Of a stretch of 64,000 nucleotides of DNA, positions 52,406-62,449 are shown in pieces (position 1 is the first letter of the stretch; every line of letters starts with the position of its first letter). Source of the stretch: an uncultured Holophaga sp. Lineage in GTDB: Bacteria > Acidobacteriota > Holophagae > Holophagales > Holophagaceae. A model generated the notes under the pieces. The model made no database searches. It was not told the DNA's origin and was given only the letters and a program-made list of their open reading frames with translations. A program made the position numbers and the translations under genes. The DNA is taken from contig OY761614.1 of NCBI GenBank assembly GCA_963664825.1, forward strand, positions 1,376,001-1,440,000, given 5' to 3'.

Positions 52406-54193
52406 GTGGCGGAATTCGAAGCTCCCTTCCTGGCGGGCCTATCCGAGCAGGAGAGGCTCCATTTCCGGAACCTAGCGCTCATTCGGCCTCAGCTCCCCTC
52501 CGAAAGGCAATTCCAGCTGATCGAGGGACTGGCCCGCAATCTGACCCAGCCTCGGCTGCTCACCCTCATTGCGCGCACGCCCCACTGGCTCATCCACCCC
52601 CCCGTACTCCAGGCCCTGGCCGAGAACGAGGCGACCCCTGAACCCATCCGGCGGGATCTGGAACTGGCCGTCTCCCTGTTCGATCTCATGCACACCATGG
52701 ATCGCACCCCGCCCTCCGAACGGGAGGAACGGGCCGAGACAGCCAAGGTCGTATACGCGCAGCTGCCTCCAGAGCTGAAGCCCATCGTCAAGCAGCAGCT
52801 CAAGCAACTGGCGCGGCAGGTGAACCCCACCGGGATGACTCAGGAACTTCCGGCCCTTCCCGGAGAGAATCCGGACTGGGAGAAACTCACCGAGCTCCCC
52901 TTCAGCCGTGGGGCCACCCAACCCATCACCCTTCAGGCCTCCAAGGACGAGCTCGTCTCCCGGGCCGGCAGCACCCACGTGGTCGAGGATCTGCTGGAGA
53001 GTCTGGCCAGCCCGGAGGCCGAAGTCCGCCAGGCTGCCCTGCACAATCCGATGATTTCAGAAGAACTCCTGGTGGAGGCCCTCCGCAGCTCAAGCAGCCT
53101 CGATTTTTTCGAAGAGGTCTACGGCGAGGCCCGCTGGTATTTCCGGGAGCCCATCCGCGAGGCCCTCTACGAGGCCCCGGGCCTCCCCGATTCCTTCGCG
53201 AAGAAACTGCGGGTGAGCCGAGATCTCCTCGCTCAATTATCCCAGGGTGCCAAGGGGCCCCGGACCCTCAACGAAATCGCCAGCCTCTTCACCCAACTCG
53301 ATGAGACCGAATACCAGTTCATCACCTTCTGGGCCAAACGAAGCGCACCGAATCTGCTGCGGGTCATCAAGATCTTCTACGACCGTTTGCAACGCAAGCG
53401 CACTACCCAGGTCAGCGGGCTGGGCTCCCAGCCCGAGGGCCGCTGGGCCTCCCTCGAAGAGCGCGTCTTCATGGCCAATCAGTCCACTCAGCCCGAGCAG
53501 ATGATGGCCGCCCTGCGGGATCCCAACCCCACGGTTTTCACCGTTGTCCTGGAGAATCCGGGCCTCACCCCCCGGGAGCTGCTCTCCGCCATCCCTGTAC
53601 TGGACCAATTCCGGGTGGAGAAGGTGGCCCATCACCACACTTGGGGAGAGATCCCGGCCATCCAGGAGGCCCTCCTCCATAGCCCAAACCTGACTCTCTC
53701 CACGGCCTTGGGGCTGCTCCATCACCTGAACACCTCCAGAGCCCTGCTGGATCTACTGAGGGACGCCCGCATTTCCCATTTGGAGGTCAAGCAGCAGGCC
53801 CTGGAAGCCCTCCGAACCCTCTACCTCTCCATGTCCATCCCCCAGCGGATCATCGCGCTCCGGGCCAGCGGGGGTGAGCTCATTCGTCACCTGCCCCAGG
53901 ACGTCTTGAAGGACGAGGAGACTCTGCAGCAGATGGTGACGGATCGGCAGCTGGATCCGAGCATCCTGCTGCGCCTCGCCCGCAACAAGCAGACCCCCCG
54001 CTCAATCCTGGAGGCCATCGCCTCCCATCCCACGTTGATGGCTCATCCGCCGATCATGTCCGAACTGCTCCTCAACCCCAAGACGCCCAGGGAATCGGCG
54101 ACCCGCGTCTGGGGCCTTCTCTCCGAGAGCGAACAACTCCAGCTTTTGCGCAGCCCCCATCTCCCGGCCACCCTCCGTCACCTGGCGTCCTGA
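52406..54193 (+). CDS. Hypothetical alpha-helical repeat protein (LRV/HEAT-like)
   Basis: Recurring (A/L)L..NP..P motifs; coding-like codon usage; fills the gap in the operon. Confidence 0.65.
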   Translation: MAEFEAPFLAGLSEQERLHFRNLALIRPQLPSERQFQLIEGLARNLTQPRLLTLIARTPHWLIHPPVLQALAENEATPEPIRRDLELAVSLFDLMHTMDRTPPSEREERAETAKVVYAQLPPELKPIVKQQLKQLARQVNPTGMTQELPALPGENPDWEKLTELPFSRGATQPITLQASKDELVSRAGSTHVVEDLLESLASPEAEVRQAALHNPMISEELLVEALRSSSSLDFFEEVYGEARWYFREPIREALYEAPGLPDSFAKKLRVSRDLLAQLSQGAKGPRTLNEIASLFTQLDETEYQFITFWAKRSAPNLLRVIKIFYDRLQRKRTTQVSGLGSQPEGRWASLEERVFMANQSTQPEQMMAALRDPNPTVFTVVLENPGLTPRELLSAIPVLDQFRVEKVAHHHTWGEIPAIQEALLHSPNLTLSTALGLLHHLNTSRALLDLLRDARISHLEVKQQALEALRTLYLSMSIPQRIIALRASGGELIRHLPQDVLKDEETLQQMVTDRQLDPSILLRLARNKQTPRSILEAIASHPTLMAHPPIMSELLLNPKTPRESATRVWGLLSESEQLQLLRSPHLPATLRHLAS

Positions 54194-54240
54194 CTAAGCC
54201 CATGTGCAGCGCCCGCGTAGCCATGAGGCCCAGGAACATC

Positions 54241-55203
54241 ATGAGAATCCCCACCACCCTGATCCTCTCCACCACCCTCCTCGTCCTTGCGGGGTGTGGG
54301 ACGAGGCGCCACAAAGGGCCCGACTGGGCTCTTTCGGCCCCCGATGGCACCGTCATGGCCATCTCCACCCAGGCCGGTTGGGCCATCCAGCAAAAGGAAT
54401 TCCAGGGCCTCCTGGGCCGATTTCCCGTGGCCGAGCAGGCCCTCGATCTCTTCCTCAAGCGGGCCCACGTCAACCCAGCGGGGGAGACCGGACGCATCTC
54501 GCTGTATGTCACGGACCTGCATATCAATACCACCCTTCCCCGGGCCGGGGTGGAGAGCTCCAGCTTCCTCCTCCAGATGGGCGGCTTCCGGGACCCCAAG
54601 AGCCTCCTCCTGGCCGTCACCGAGGCCTTTCCCCTGGAGGGTTCGCTCCAGGTGGGAAAGCGGGAATTGCCGCTGTACGTGATCCTGGACTACAACCAGC
54701 ACCACATGCGCCTCCTCTTCGACGACCAGGGGCGGATCTGGATCGGGGAACTCTCGGTTCTCGCCAGCCTTGGCAAGGTGTCGGCCCCGGCCACCCCAAC
54801 CCTGCGCGCCATCGAATGGATCAATCCCCAGGCCCCCGTTCAGGGGCTTCTGCTGCCCGAAAGCCTGCTGAGGAAGGCTCCCCAAGGGTTCACCAAGGAA
54901 CTCCCCAAGGGCATCCAGGCCCTGGCCTGGAGCGTGACACCGGGTTCCACCAAGGATTCGCCCCATGCCTTTGAACTGGCCATCACCGGCACCCCCGAGG
55001 GCGTCCAGCAGGTTTCCCCCTGGATCCAACGCCTAGTAGCCTTCATCAGCAGCATGCCGGGTGCGCCTTCCCGCCCCGCGGATGTCCTTGAAGAGAAAAC
55101 CCGCGTGGGACTGAGGGCCCAGCTGAACGCCTCCCAACTGGAGGCCGTCATGGCCCGCATCTCCCAGCCGGGGATCTTCAAATCCGCAGAACGGAAGCCA
55201 TGA
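54241..55203 (+). CDS. Putative lipoprotein
   Basis: MRIPTTLILSTTLLVLAGC lipobox. Confidence 0.7.
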   Translation: MRIPTTLILSTTLLVLAGCGTRRHKGPDWALSAPDGTVMAISTQAGWAIQQKEFQGLLGRFPVAEQALDLFLKRAHVNPAGETGRISLYVTDLHINTTLPRAGVESSSFLLQMGGFRDPKSLLLAVTEAFPLEGSLQVGKRELPLYVILDYNQHHMRLLFDDQGRIWIGELSVLASLGKVSAPATPTLRAIEWINPQAPVQGLLLPESLLRKAPQGFTKELPKGIQALAWSVTPGSTKDSPHAFELAITGTPEGVQQVSPWIQRLVAFISSMPGAPSRPADVLEEKTRVGLRAQLNASQLEAVMARISQPGIFKSAERKP

Positions 55204-55772
55204 TCGGAGCCTTGGAGGCCCAAGCCGGGGCGGAATTCCCCCCGGAATTCTGGATGGAGCGCCTCAAGACGGGCCATGAAGAGGCCCTGGCCCATCTCAT
55301 GACCCGCTTCGAGAGGCCCGTGTTTTCCTTCCTCTACCGTCGGCTCCAAGGAGAAATTGGGGTCGTGCAGGAGCTCACCCAGGAAGTATTCCTAAAGTGT
55401 CTGAAGCACTGCGGGCGTTTCGAGGAGGGTCGACCGGTAGCGGCATGGATTTTCACCCTGGCGGCTAATGCGGCGACGGATCATCTCCGTAAACGTGGTC
55501 GGGAGCTACCCACTCCCGAGACCTTTGACGCTCCTGACCCTCACCAGCCCTCCCCCTGGGATCAGGTGGACCAAGACCGGAGACTCCAGGCCCTCAAGGG
55601 GGCCCTGGAGGGCCTCACGCCCCGACAGCGCACGATGATCCTGGCCTACTACGTCCACGAGAGGCCCGTGAAACAGATCGCCGAGGAACTCGGATGCGCC
55701 GAGGGCACCGTCAAGGCCACCCTCTTCCAAAGCCTCGCCAAGCTACGCAAGAACCTGGATGTGACACCATGA
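55200..55772 (+). CDS. ECF-family RNA polymerase sigma factor
   Basis: ELTQEVFL, WIFTLAANAATDHLRK, IAEELGCAEGTVKATL. Confidence 0.92.
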   Translation: MIGALEAQAGAEFPPEFWMERLKTGHEEALAHLMTRFERPVFSFLYRRLQGEIGVVQELTQEVFLKCLKHCGRFEEGRPVAAWIFTLAANAATDHLRKRGRELPTPETFDAPDPHQPSPWDQVDQDRRLQALKGALEGLTPRQRTMILAYYVHERPVKQIAEELGCAEGTVKATLFQSLAKLRKNLDVTP

Positions 55773-56446
55773 ACTCCGCACAAGAAACCCGCCTCAAGCT
55801 TGATGCCGAGCGCTTCGAGCTTCTGGAGCACCCGGAGCAGTGGCCCGCGGACCCCGCGGTCCAGGCCGAGCTGGCCGAGCTGTTGGAGCTCCATCTGGCC
55901 CTCCAGGCCCACGCACCCGAGCTTCAGGCCTCCCTTCGCCCCGTTTCCCCAGTTCTCCGCCTGCGCTCCCACTGGCTCATGGCCGCCGCAGCCCTTTTCA
56001 TGGCCATCCTACCGACCCTCTATGCCCTCCAGCACGCTCGTTCGCTCCAGCGCCAGGCTGGCCACCGGGCACGCATCGAAGCCTCCGCCCAGAAGCGCGC
56101 CCAGGGCCGTCTCTGGGCCGCCTTCTTCCAGCAATCCTCCGAGCTCATCCAGCGCTTCGGCCGGAATCCTCTGGTCTGTGAAAAGGATGGCGAAGACCGC
56201 AGTGAGGAACGCCTGCTCGCCATGGCCCTCCTGGAGGCCAGTCGCCAGCTCGAGGGCCAGACCGTGGCCCTCCCCGAGGCCGAGACTGCCCGCAACGAGC
56301 TGCATTTCTGGCTCACCGAACTCTCCCTGGAGGATGGCTGCATGAGCCCTGAGCGCGCCGCCGAGCTCCGCCAACTGGCCAGCGCCCAGGATCTCGAAGG
56401 CCAGGCCCAGCGCCTGGGTGAAATCCTGAAAGCCCAGGGGTCCTGA
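55769..56446 (+). CDS. Single-TM protein, putative anti-sigma factor
   Basis: Overlaps the sigma stop (ATGA); short N-terminal domain followed by WLMAAAALFMAIL TM segment. Confidence 0.6.
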   Translation: MNSAQETRLKLDAERFELLEHPEQWPADPAVQAELAELLELHLALQAHAPELQASLRPVSPVLRLRSHWLMAAAALFMAILPTLYALQHARSLQRQAGHRARIEASAQKRAQGRLWAAFFQQSSELIQRFGRNPLVCEKDGEDRSEERLLAMALLEASRQLEGQTVALPEAETARNELHFWLTELSLEDGCMSPERAAELRQLASAQDLEGQAQRLGEILKAQGS

Positions 56447-57261
56447 TGCTGCTCTGGGTTCTTATCGCCTTCGCGCCCTCGGGCTCCACACCGGAACCCC
56501 GGGAGCTCCCTCGCCGAGTGGTCCAGGAGGCCCCGGGAAGAGCGCTCGTACGGGAGGCGAAGTCCCTCCGTTACGCCCAACGATTCTTCGAAGCCGCCGC
56601 CCTCTATCGCCGCTACCTAGCCCAATACCCCAACTCCGATCAGAGCGCCGAAGCCCGCTTCTGGCTGGCGGCCACCCTGGAACAGGATCAGCGCTGGGAC
56701 GAGGCCGCCAACGCCTATGGCGATTTTCTGGCCCGGCACCCTGACGAACGGATGCTGGGCAAGGAGGCCCGATTGAACCGGGTGCGCTGCTGGGGCATCC
56801 GCCAGGGGCAGTCCCCAGCGGCCACCCCAGGACTCCTGGGGGCCCTGGCCGACGAGGCCCCGGAGGTGCGCGTGGCCTCCGCGCTCCAGCTCGCCAAGAC
56901 GCGGGATCGGCGTGCCGTGGATATCCTCCACCAGGGCCTCGGCATGTCGGCCTATGCCGATGCCTGCAGCTTGGCGCTCATCGGCTTCGGCGTGAAGCCC
57001 GGAACCGTGTCCAGCCAGACCAATCGTTTCCTGGTCATGCGCATCCGGGAGAAGAGCAAGGGCGAGCCCGTCACCATCCGCCTCGCCCTGGGACTCGCCC
57101 GGGCCCTGGAGAATTACCTCACCGACGAACAGATCCGCCAGGCCCGCACCAAGGGCATCGAACTGGGGAACCTCTCCGACCACGCAGCCAACCTGCCCAA
57201 GGGCTCCGTGCTGTTCTCCGTGGAAGACGGTAAGAGCAACGTCACCGTGACGGTGGAATAG
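56446..57261 (+). CDS. Secreted TPR (BamD/CpoB-like) + HEAT-repeat protein
   Basis: YLAQYPNS...EARFWLA, FLARHP; ALADEAPEVRVASA. Confidence 0.7.
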   Translation: MLLWVLIAFAPSGSTPEPRELPRRVVQEAPGRALVREAKSLRYAQRFFEAAALYRRYLAQYPNSDQSAEARFWLAATLEQDQRWDEAANAYGDFLARHPDERMLGKEARLNRVRCWGIRQGQSPAATPGLLGALADEAPEVRVASALQLAKTRDRRAVDILHQGLGMSAYADACSLALIGFGVKPGTVSSQTNRFLVMRIREKSKGEPVTIRLALGLARALENYLTDEQIRQARTKGIELGNLSDHAANLPKGSVLFSVEDGKSNVTVTVE

Positions 57262-57299
57262 TCCTCGGCGGGTAAGCTAGAGATCCCACAGGACAACCA

Positions 57300-59135
57300 A
57301 TGACCAATCTCTACCGCTTCTTCCGGGAACACCTTCGCGCCAACCTACCCCTCATCGCCTTGGGCTCCTTTCTCATGCTCCTGGCAGGGCTTTGCCAAGG
57401 CGCCCTGCTCTTCAGCCTCCAGTTTGTGTTCAAGAACCTGGGAGTGAACAGCTCGGAATTGCTCAACCACGCGGCATCCCAGGCTGTGCGGGCACCAGGG
57501 CATCTAGACTTTGCCATGCGGGCCAAGGACGGGCTGATGAACCTCCTGCCCAGCCAGTCCTTCCTGGCCAGGGATGCCTATTTCGTTCCGGCCATGCTCC
57601 TGGTCATATTTATTCTCAAGGGCATCTTCACCTACAGCGGCACCATGCTGATGGTTCGTTCGGGGTTGAAGGCGACGCTGGCCTTGCGCGCCCGGCTGTT
57701 CAGCCGAATCCTGGACCAGGAGCCCGCCTTCTTCCAGAGGCACCCTGTCGGGGAGTTGCTCACTCGCTGCATCGGAGATGTTGGTGCCGTCCAGGGTATC
57801 GCTTCGAACCAATTCGCCGCCGCCATACAGGAAATTATGCTGGCACTCGGCCTGTTCCTCACGGCGATGTACATGTTCCCCGGCCTCACCCTCGCAATCC
57901 TGGTGCTCGTTCCATTGGTGGTCTTTCCCATCAAAGCCCTCAGCCAGAGGATCCGCAAGATCAACCACCGCAACATGGAGGCTTCCAGCCGCCTCCTGCA
58001 GCGCATGAAGGAGGCTTTCGGAAATATCCGGGTGGTCATCGGATTCGCCCGAGAGGACTACGAGGTCGGGCGGTTCCACGGGATGAACCAGGAGTTGTAC
58101 CGCCTTGGGATGAAGAGCGCCCGAACTTCGGCCCTTTCCCATCCAATCATCGAGATCCTGGGAGGCTTCCTGATTGGCGGGCTCCTGGTCTACGCCACCC
58201 TCGGCATCCATGCCGGGCGGATAGATGGCGCAAAATTTTTCTCCTACCTCATCGCCATCTTCAATTTCTACGAACCCATTCGCCGACTCACCAAACTCAA
58301 CAACGAAGTGCAGGTGGCCCAAGCCAGTCTGGACCGCGTTTACACCATGCTTGACCGTCAACCGGAACTGCTGGGCCCCGCTCATCCCACGCCAGTTCCT
58401 GTCCAACCCGAGTCCATCCGCCTGGAGGGCGTCCATTTCTCGTACGACGACAAGCACCAGGTCCTGCGAGGCATCGATCTGGAGGTCCATCGGGGCGAGA
58501 CGGTGGCTCTAGTGGGCGGCAGCGGGGGGGGAAAGACCACCCTGGTCAACCTGGTGCCGCGCTTCTTCGATCCCACGGAAGGTCGACTCACCCTGGATGG
58601 CATTGATCTGCGCCAATTCGATCCCCGCGAACTGCGGCGGCGCATCGGCATCGTGAACCAGGAGACGCTGCTCTTCATGGATTCCATCCACGACAATATC
58701 GCCTACGGCAAGGACGCCACCCGGGAGGCGGTGGTGGAAGCCGCCAAGCGGGCCCACGCCCACGACTTCATTTCGGCCCTCCCCAAGGGCTACGACACGC
58801 CCCTGGCGGAGACGGGCTCCAGCGTGAGCGGAGGTCAGCGCCAGCGCCTGGCCATCGCGCGGGCGCTGCTGCAGGATCCGCCGATCCTCATCCTGGACGA
58901 GGCCACTTCAGCGCTGGATACCGAGAGCGAGCGGGCGGTGCAGCTGGCCCTGGAAACCCTCATGCAGGATCGGACCACCCTGGTCATCGCCCACCGCCTC
59001 TCCACCATCCAGCGGGCCACCCGCATCTGCGTCCTCAAGCAGGGCCAAGTGGCCGAACAGGGGAGCCACGAGCAACTGCTTGCCCTGGGGGGCGAATACG
59101 CGCGGCTCCACCGCCTTCAGTTCGCGGAAGCCTGA
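57300..59135 (+). CDS. ABC exporter, fused TMD-NBD (MsbA-like)
   Basis: Several TM segments, GGSGGGKTT, SGGQRQR, ILDEATSALD, IAHRLSTI. Confidence 0.92.
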   Translation: MTNLYRFFREHLRANLPLIALGSFLMLLAGLCQGALLFSLQFVFKNLGVNSSELLNHAASQAVRAPGHLDFAMRAKDGLMNLLPSQSFLARDAYFVPAMLLVIFILKGIFTYSGTMLMVRSGLKATLALRARLFSRILDQEPAFFQRHPVGELLTRCIGDVGAVQGIASNQFAAAIQEIMLALGLFLTAMYMFPGLTLAILVLVPLVVFPIKALSQRIRKINHRNMEASSRLLQRMKEAFGNIRVVIGFAREDYEVGRFHGMNQELYRLGMKSARTSALSHPIIEILGGFLIGGLLVYATLGIHAGRIDGAKFFSYLIAIFNFYEPIRRLTKLNNEVQVAQASLDRVYTMLDRQPELLGPAHPTPVPVQPESIRLEGVHFSYDDKHQVLRGIDLEVHRGETVALVGGSGGGKTTLVNLVPRFFDPTEGRLTLDGIDLRQFDPRELRRRIGIVNQETLLFMDSIHDNIAYGKDATREAVVEAAKRAHAHDFISALPKGYDTPLAETGSSVSGGQRQRLAIARALLQDPPILILDEATSALDTESERAVQLALETLMQDRTTLVIAHRLSTIQRATRICVLKQGQVAEQGSHEQLLALGGEYARLHRLQFAEA

Positions 59136-60199
59136 TGAAGCGGACTGATTTCTCCTTCGAACTGCCCGAGGAACTCATCGCCCAGCACCCGGCGGCGGAG
59201 CGCGATGGGGCCCGCCTGCTGGTGGTGGACGCCCAGGCCCGCACCCTGCGCCACGCCACCATCCGCGATCTGCCGGATTTCATCCCGGCCCGGACCCTCT
59301 GCGTGCCCAACGATGTGAAGGTGCGCCATGCGAGGCTTCTCCTGCGAAGATCCGGAGGCGGGGCAGGGGAGGCTCTCCTGCTCCGCGCCTTTCCGGATGG
59401 TTCCTTCGAAGCCCTGGTGCGCCCCGGCGTGAAGCTGAAGCCCGGGAAGACGACCACCGTCCTGGATCCCGCCAGCGGCGAGGCCATGGCCACCTGCCTG
59501 ATCGAGGACACCCTCGAGGAGGGCCTTCGTCGGATCCGCATCCAACGCGATGGCAAGGACCTGGATTGGGACGCCGTGGACGCCATCGGCCGCCTGCCGC
59601 TGCCTCCCTACATCCATCACGCCCCGGAGGGCGAAGACGAGACCCGCTACCAGACGTCTTTCCACGCAGCCGAAGGCGAGGCCGTGGCAGCACCCACGGC
59701 GGGCCTGCACTTCACGCCCGAACTCATCGCGCGCCTGGAGGCCAAGGATTGTCTCTGGCGTCCCGTGCGCCTCCATGTGGGCCTCGGCACCTTCCGGCCC
59801 ATGACGGCGGAAAATCTCGAAGACCACCCCATGCATGAGGAACGCTTCGAGATCCCCGAGGCCACGGCCACCCTGCTGGAGGCCCTGCTGGTGGAGCGCG
59901 ACCGCGGCCTCCTCTCCATCGGCACCACGAGCCTGCGCACCCTGGAGGGTTCCTGGGATGGCGCGCATCTGCGGCGGAGCGGTGCCACGCGGATCTTCAT
60001 CAAGCCCGGTCACACCCTGCGCACAGCCGATCACCTGCTCACCAATTTCCATCTGCCCGAGAGCACGCTCTTCGTGCTGGTCTGTGCCCTGCTGGGCCAG
60101 GATTTCGCCAAGGAGGCCTATTCGGAGGCCGTGCGGGAACGGTACCGATTCTTCTCCTATGGCGATGCCATGCTGATCCTCAACGCGCGAAAGCCCTGA
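59135..60199 (+). CDS. queA: S-adenosylmethionine:tRNA ribosyltransferase-isomerase
   Basis: FSFELPEELIAQ, PLPPYI, AAPTAGLHF, LHVGLGTF, TNFHLP, YRFFSYGDAM. Confidence 0.97.
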   Translation: MKRTDFSFELPEELIAQHPAAERDGARLLVVDAQARTLRHATIRDLPDFIPARTLCVPNDVKVRHARLLLRRSGGGAGEALLLRAFPDGSFEALVRPGVKLKPGKTTTVLDPASGEAMATCLIEDTLEEGLRRIRIQRDGKDLDWDAVDAIGRLPLPPYIHHAPEGEDETRYQTSFHAAEGEAVAAPTAGLHFTPELIARLEAKDCLWRPVRLHVGLGTFRPMTAENLEDHPMHEERFEIPEATATLLEALLVERDRGLLSIGTTSLRTLEGSWDGAHLRRSGATRIFIKPGHTLRTADHLLTNFHLPESTLFVLVCALLGQDFAKEAYSEAVRERYRFFSYGDAMLILNARKP

Positions 60200-60985
60200 T
60201 CACCGCACCAGCAGAACGCCCGCGAGGAGAACCATGACCACGGCGAAGATCCTCTGGAGGCGCGGGCCCGCGATGCGCGTGGCCATCCTCGCGCCACCGA
60301 GAGCGCCGGCCTGGAAGCCCAGGGCCAGGCCAATGAGCACGATCCACGGAAAGAAGGCCTGGGAGCGGGCGTAGACGATGACGCCCGGCAGGCCCACCGG
60401 CGGCAGCATGACGGCGATGCTGGCGAGCTGGGCCTCGTGCTGAGGCAGCTTGAGCCAGATCACCAGCAGCGGAATCATCACCACACCGCCTCCGAGGCCC
60501 AGCATCCCGGCGAAGAGTCCCCCCAGCAGACCGATGGCGAGTCCCGGCGCCCATCGCGGCGGTGGCAGCGGCTGGGTATCGCCTTTGGGCGCCTCTGGCT
60601 TTTGCAGGAATGTGCGGGCCGCGAGCAGCAGCAGGAAGCATACGAAGCCGATGCGGAGAGGGCCCTCGGGGATCCGGTTGGCGATCTTCGCCCCCATCCA
60701 AACACCCGGGAGAAAGGCTACCATGAGGGCTCCCACCAGGGGCCAGTGGATGGGAATGCCCCGGTGGCGGAAGTGGAGCACGGCCGGTAGCCCATTGGGC
60801 AGCAGCATGGCCGCCAGGGTGACCCCTTGAGCCTGATGCTGGTTCAACCCCAGCAAAACGGCCAGCAACGGGATGAGGACGATGCCTCCGCCCACGCCGA
60901 AGAGCCCGGAGAGTGCGCCCCCACCTAGACCGGCCGCCATGCCCGCGAAGAACTGAAAGGTGGGGAGGAGGGGGCCGACCATCAT
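60200..60985 (-). CDS. Sulfite exporter TauE/SafE family membrane protein
   Basis: Internal duplication with GLFGVGGG..LIP and GMLGLGGG..MIP. Confidence 0.88.
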   Translation of the reverse strand: MMVGPLLPTFQFFAGMAAGLGGGALSGLFGVGGGIVLIPLLAVLLGLNQHQAQGVTLAAMLLPNGLPAVLHFRHRGIPIHWPLVGALMVAFLPGVWMGAKIANRIPEGPLRIGFVCFLLLLAARTFLQKPEAPKGDTQPLPPPRWAPGLAIGLLGGLFAGMLGLGGGVVMIPLLVIWLKLPQHEAQLASIAVMLPPVGLPGVIVYARSQAFFPWIVLIGLALGFQAGALGGARMATRIAGPRLQRIFAVVMVLLAGVLLVR

Positions 60986-61033
60986 CGAAGTTTACCCGGC
61001 TCCATGTTCCAATGGATGGGAATGGAATGACCC

Positions 61034-61819
61034 ATGCAGATCAACTTTTCCGATGATGTGATCCTCGATAGCCGCCGGGCCGTCATCCTGCCCAAGCAGG
61101 AGACGCTCGTCATCTCTGATCTCTTCCTGGGCCTGGGTGCCGGGCGGAGGAAACGCCCCGATGTCATCCCGGCAGGGCAGCACAGCGATCTCTGGGAACG
61201 CCTCTTCGGCCTCATCTCCGACTACCAGCCCAAGCGCATCGCCCTATTGGGAGATGTGAAGCCTGCTCAAGGGAACGTGGAGGGCGAGGAGGCCGAGGAA
61301 CTGCGCAATCTCTTCCGCAAACTCCAGGGTCCCGGCCGCGAAGTGGTGCAGATCGTGGGCCATCCCGAACGCAGCTGGGGACCGGCCCTGGAAGGCACCG
61401 ATGTGCAGCCCGTGGACACCTACCGGGTGGGCAATCACACACTGATGCACCGTCGACGCATTTTCGTCTACCCGCGCCACGACCCGCCCCAGGGCTTCTG
61501 GATCAACGGCGGCCTCCATCCCCTCTTCGCCGTGCCCCTGGCCGGTCCCGATGGCCAGGAGGAGTTCCTGCGCTATCCAGCCTTCCTCTACACGGGCTTC
61601 GCCCTGGTGATGCCGCCCTTCGTGAGCTACGCCCAAGGCTGGGAGGTCATGCAGCCCGAGCGGTTACCCCGCCAGGCCCGGGCCTGGAAGGTGCTCGGAG
61701 ACCACCAGATCACTCCAGTGGAGCTGCCCGCCCTGCCCCCCATCCCGGAGGCCCTGCGCACACTGGCTCGTCCCGCCAGCCGACGCAGGCCCGATCCCAA
61801 GGGCAATCCCGAGGCTTAG
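61034..61819 (+). CDS. Metallophosphoesterase-fold (PdeM-like) protein with degenerate metal site
   Basis: Motif order LVISDLFLG, LLGDV, VGHPE, MH, NGGLHP, VMPPF matches the calcineurin-like PdeM family. Confidence 0.65.
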   Translation: MQINFSDDVILDSRRAVILPKQETLVISDLFLGLGAGRRKRPDVIPAGQHSDLWERLFGLISDYQPKRIALLGDVKPAQGNVEGEEAEELRNLFRKLQGPGREVVQIVGHPERSWGPALEGTDVQPVDTYRVGNHTLMHRRRIFVYPRHDPPQGFWINGGLHPLFAVPLAGPDGQEEFLRYPAFLYTGFALVMPPFVSYAQGWEVMQPERLPRQARAWKVLGDHQITPVELPALPPIPEALRTLARPASRRRPDPKGNPEA

Positions 61820-61822
61820 GGC

Positions 61823-62338
61823 TTACTTCCTGCGGGCCTTCCGGGCCTTGAGGCTTTCCTTCGGAAGCGGCGCGCCGCCTGTGAGGCCGCCGCCCTCCTT
61901 GAACTGCAGGTCCCAACCGATGCGCTCACCCACCTTGAGTTTCAGGCGCCGCACCGTGCCGACAGGGAATTCCACGAAATGGCGGGAGAGGACCTTGCCG
62001 CCGTAATTGGGGATATCCATCTCGGAACCCCGGAACATCATCGAGAGGGGAGGGGCGTTCTCCTTGATCTCCACCACCGTGCCATCGGCCTTCACCCACA
62101 CCACATCCAGGGCGATGAGGCAGTTTTTCATCCAAATCGCGTGGTAGCTGTCCTCGTCATAGACGAAGAACATGCAGCGATCCTGCGCCAGGTTGGTGCG
62201 ATACATCAATCCCCTGGCCCGCTCCTGGTCCGTCCGGGCCACTTCAGCCAGGAAGCGCTGTCCCTTGACGCCGACGGAGCCTCCATCGGTCTGGTTGGGG
62301 TTGAGGGCGAGCAGGAGGCTCAAGAGGAAGGCATGCAT
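61823..62338 (-). CDS. DUF192 domain protein
   Basis: AEVA.T..ERARGLMYR, MFF, WMKN..IALD. Confidence 0.88.
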   Translation of the reverse strand: MHAFLLSLLLALNPNQTDGGSVGVKGQRFLAEVARTDQERARGLMYRTNLAQDRCMFFVYDEDSYHAIWMKNCLIALDVVWVKADGTVVEIKENAPPLSMMFRGSEMDIPNYGGKVLSRHFVEFPVGTVRRLKLKVGERIGWDLQFKEGGGLTGGAPLPKESLKARKARRK

Positions 62339-62449
62339 GGCAGCTCCAGCGGATATCCAATCTTAGCGGAGCAGGTCCTCCTGGGCCGAAGATACCTCAA
62401 GTAAGGTGGTAAGCTGGAGCCCCGGCGACCCGGTTCCGACGGCTTCCTG

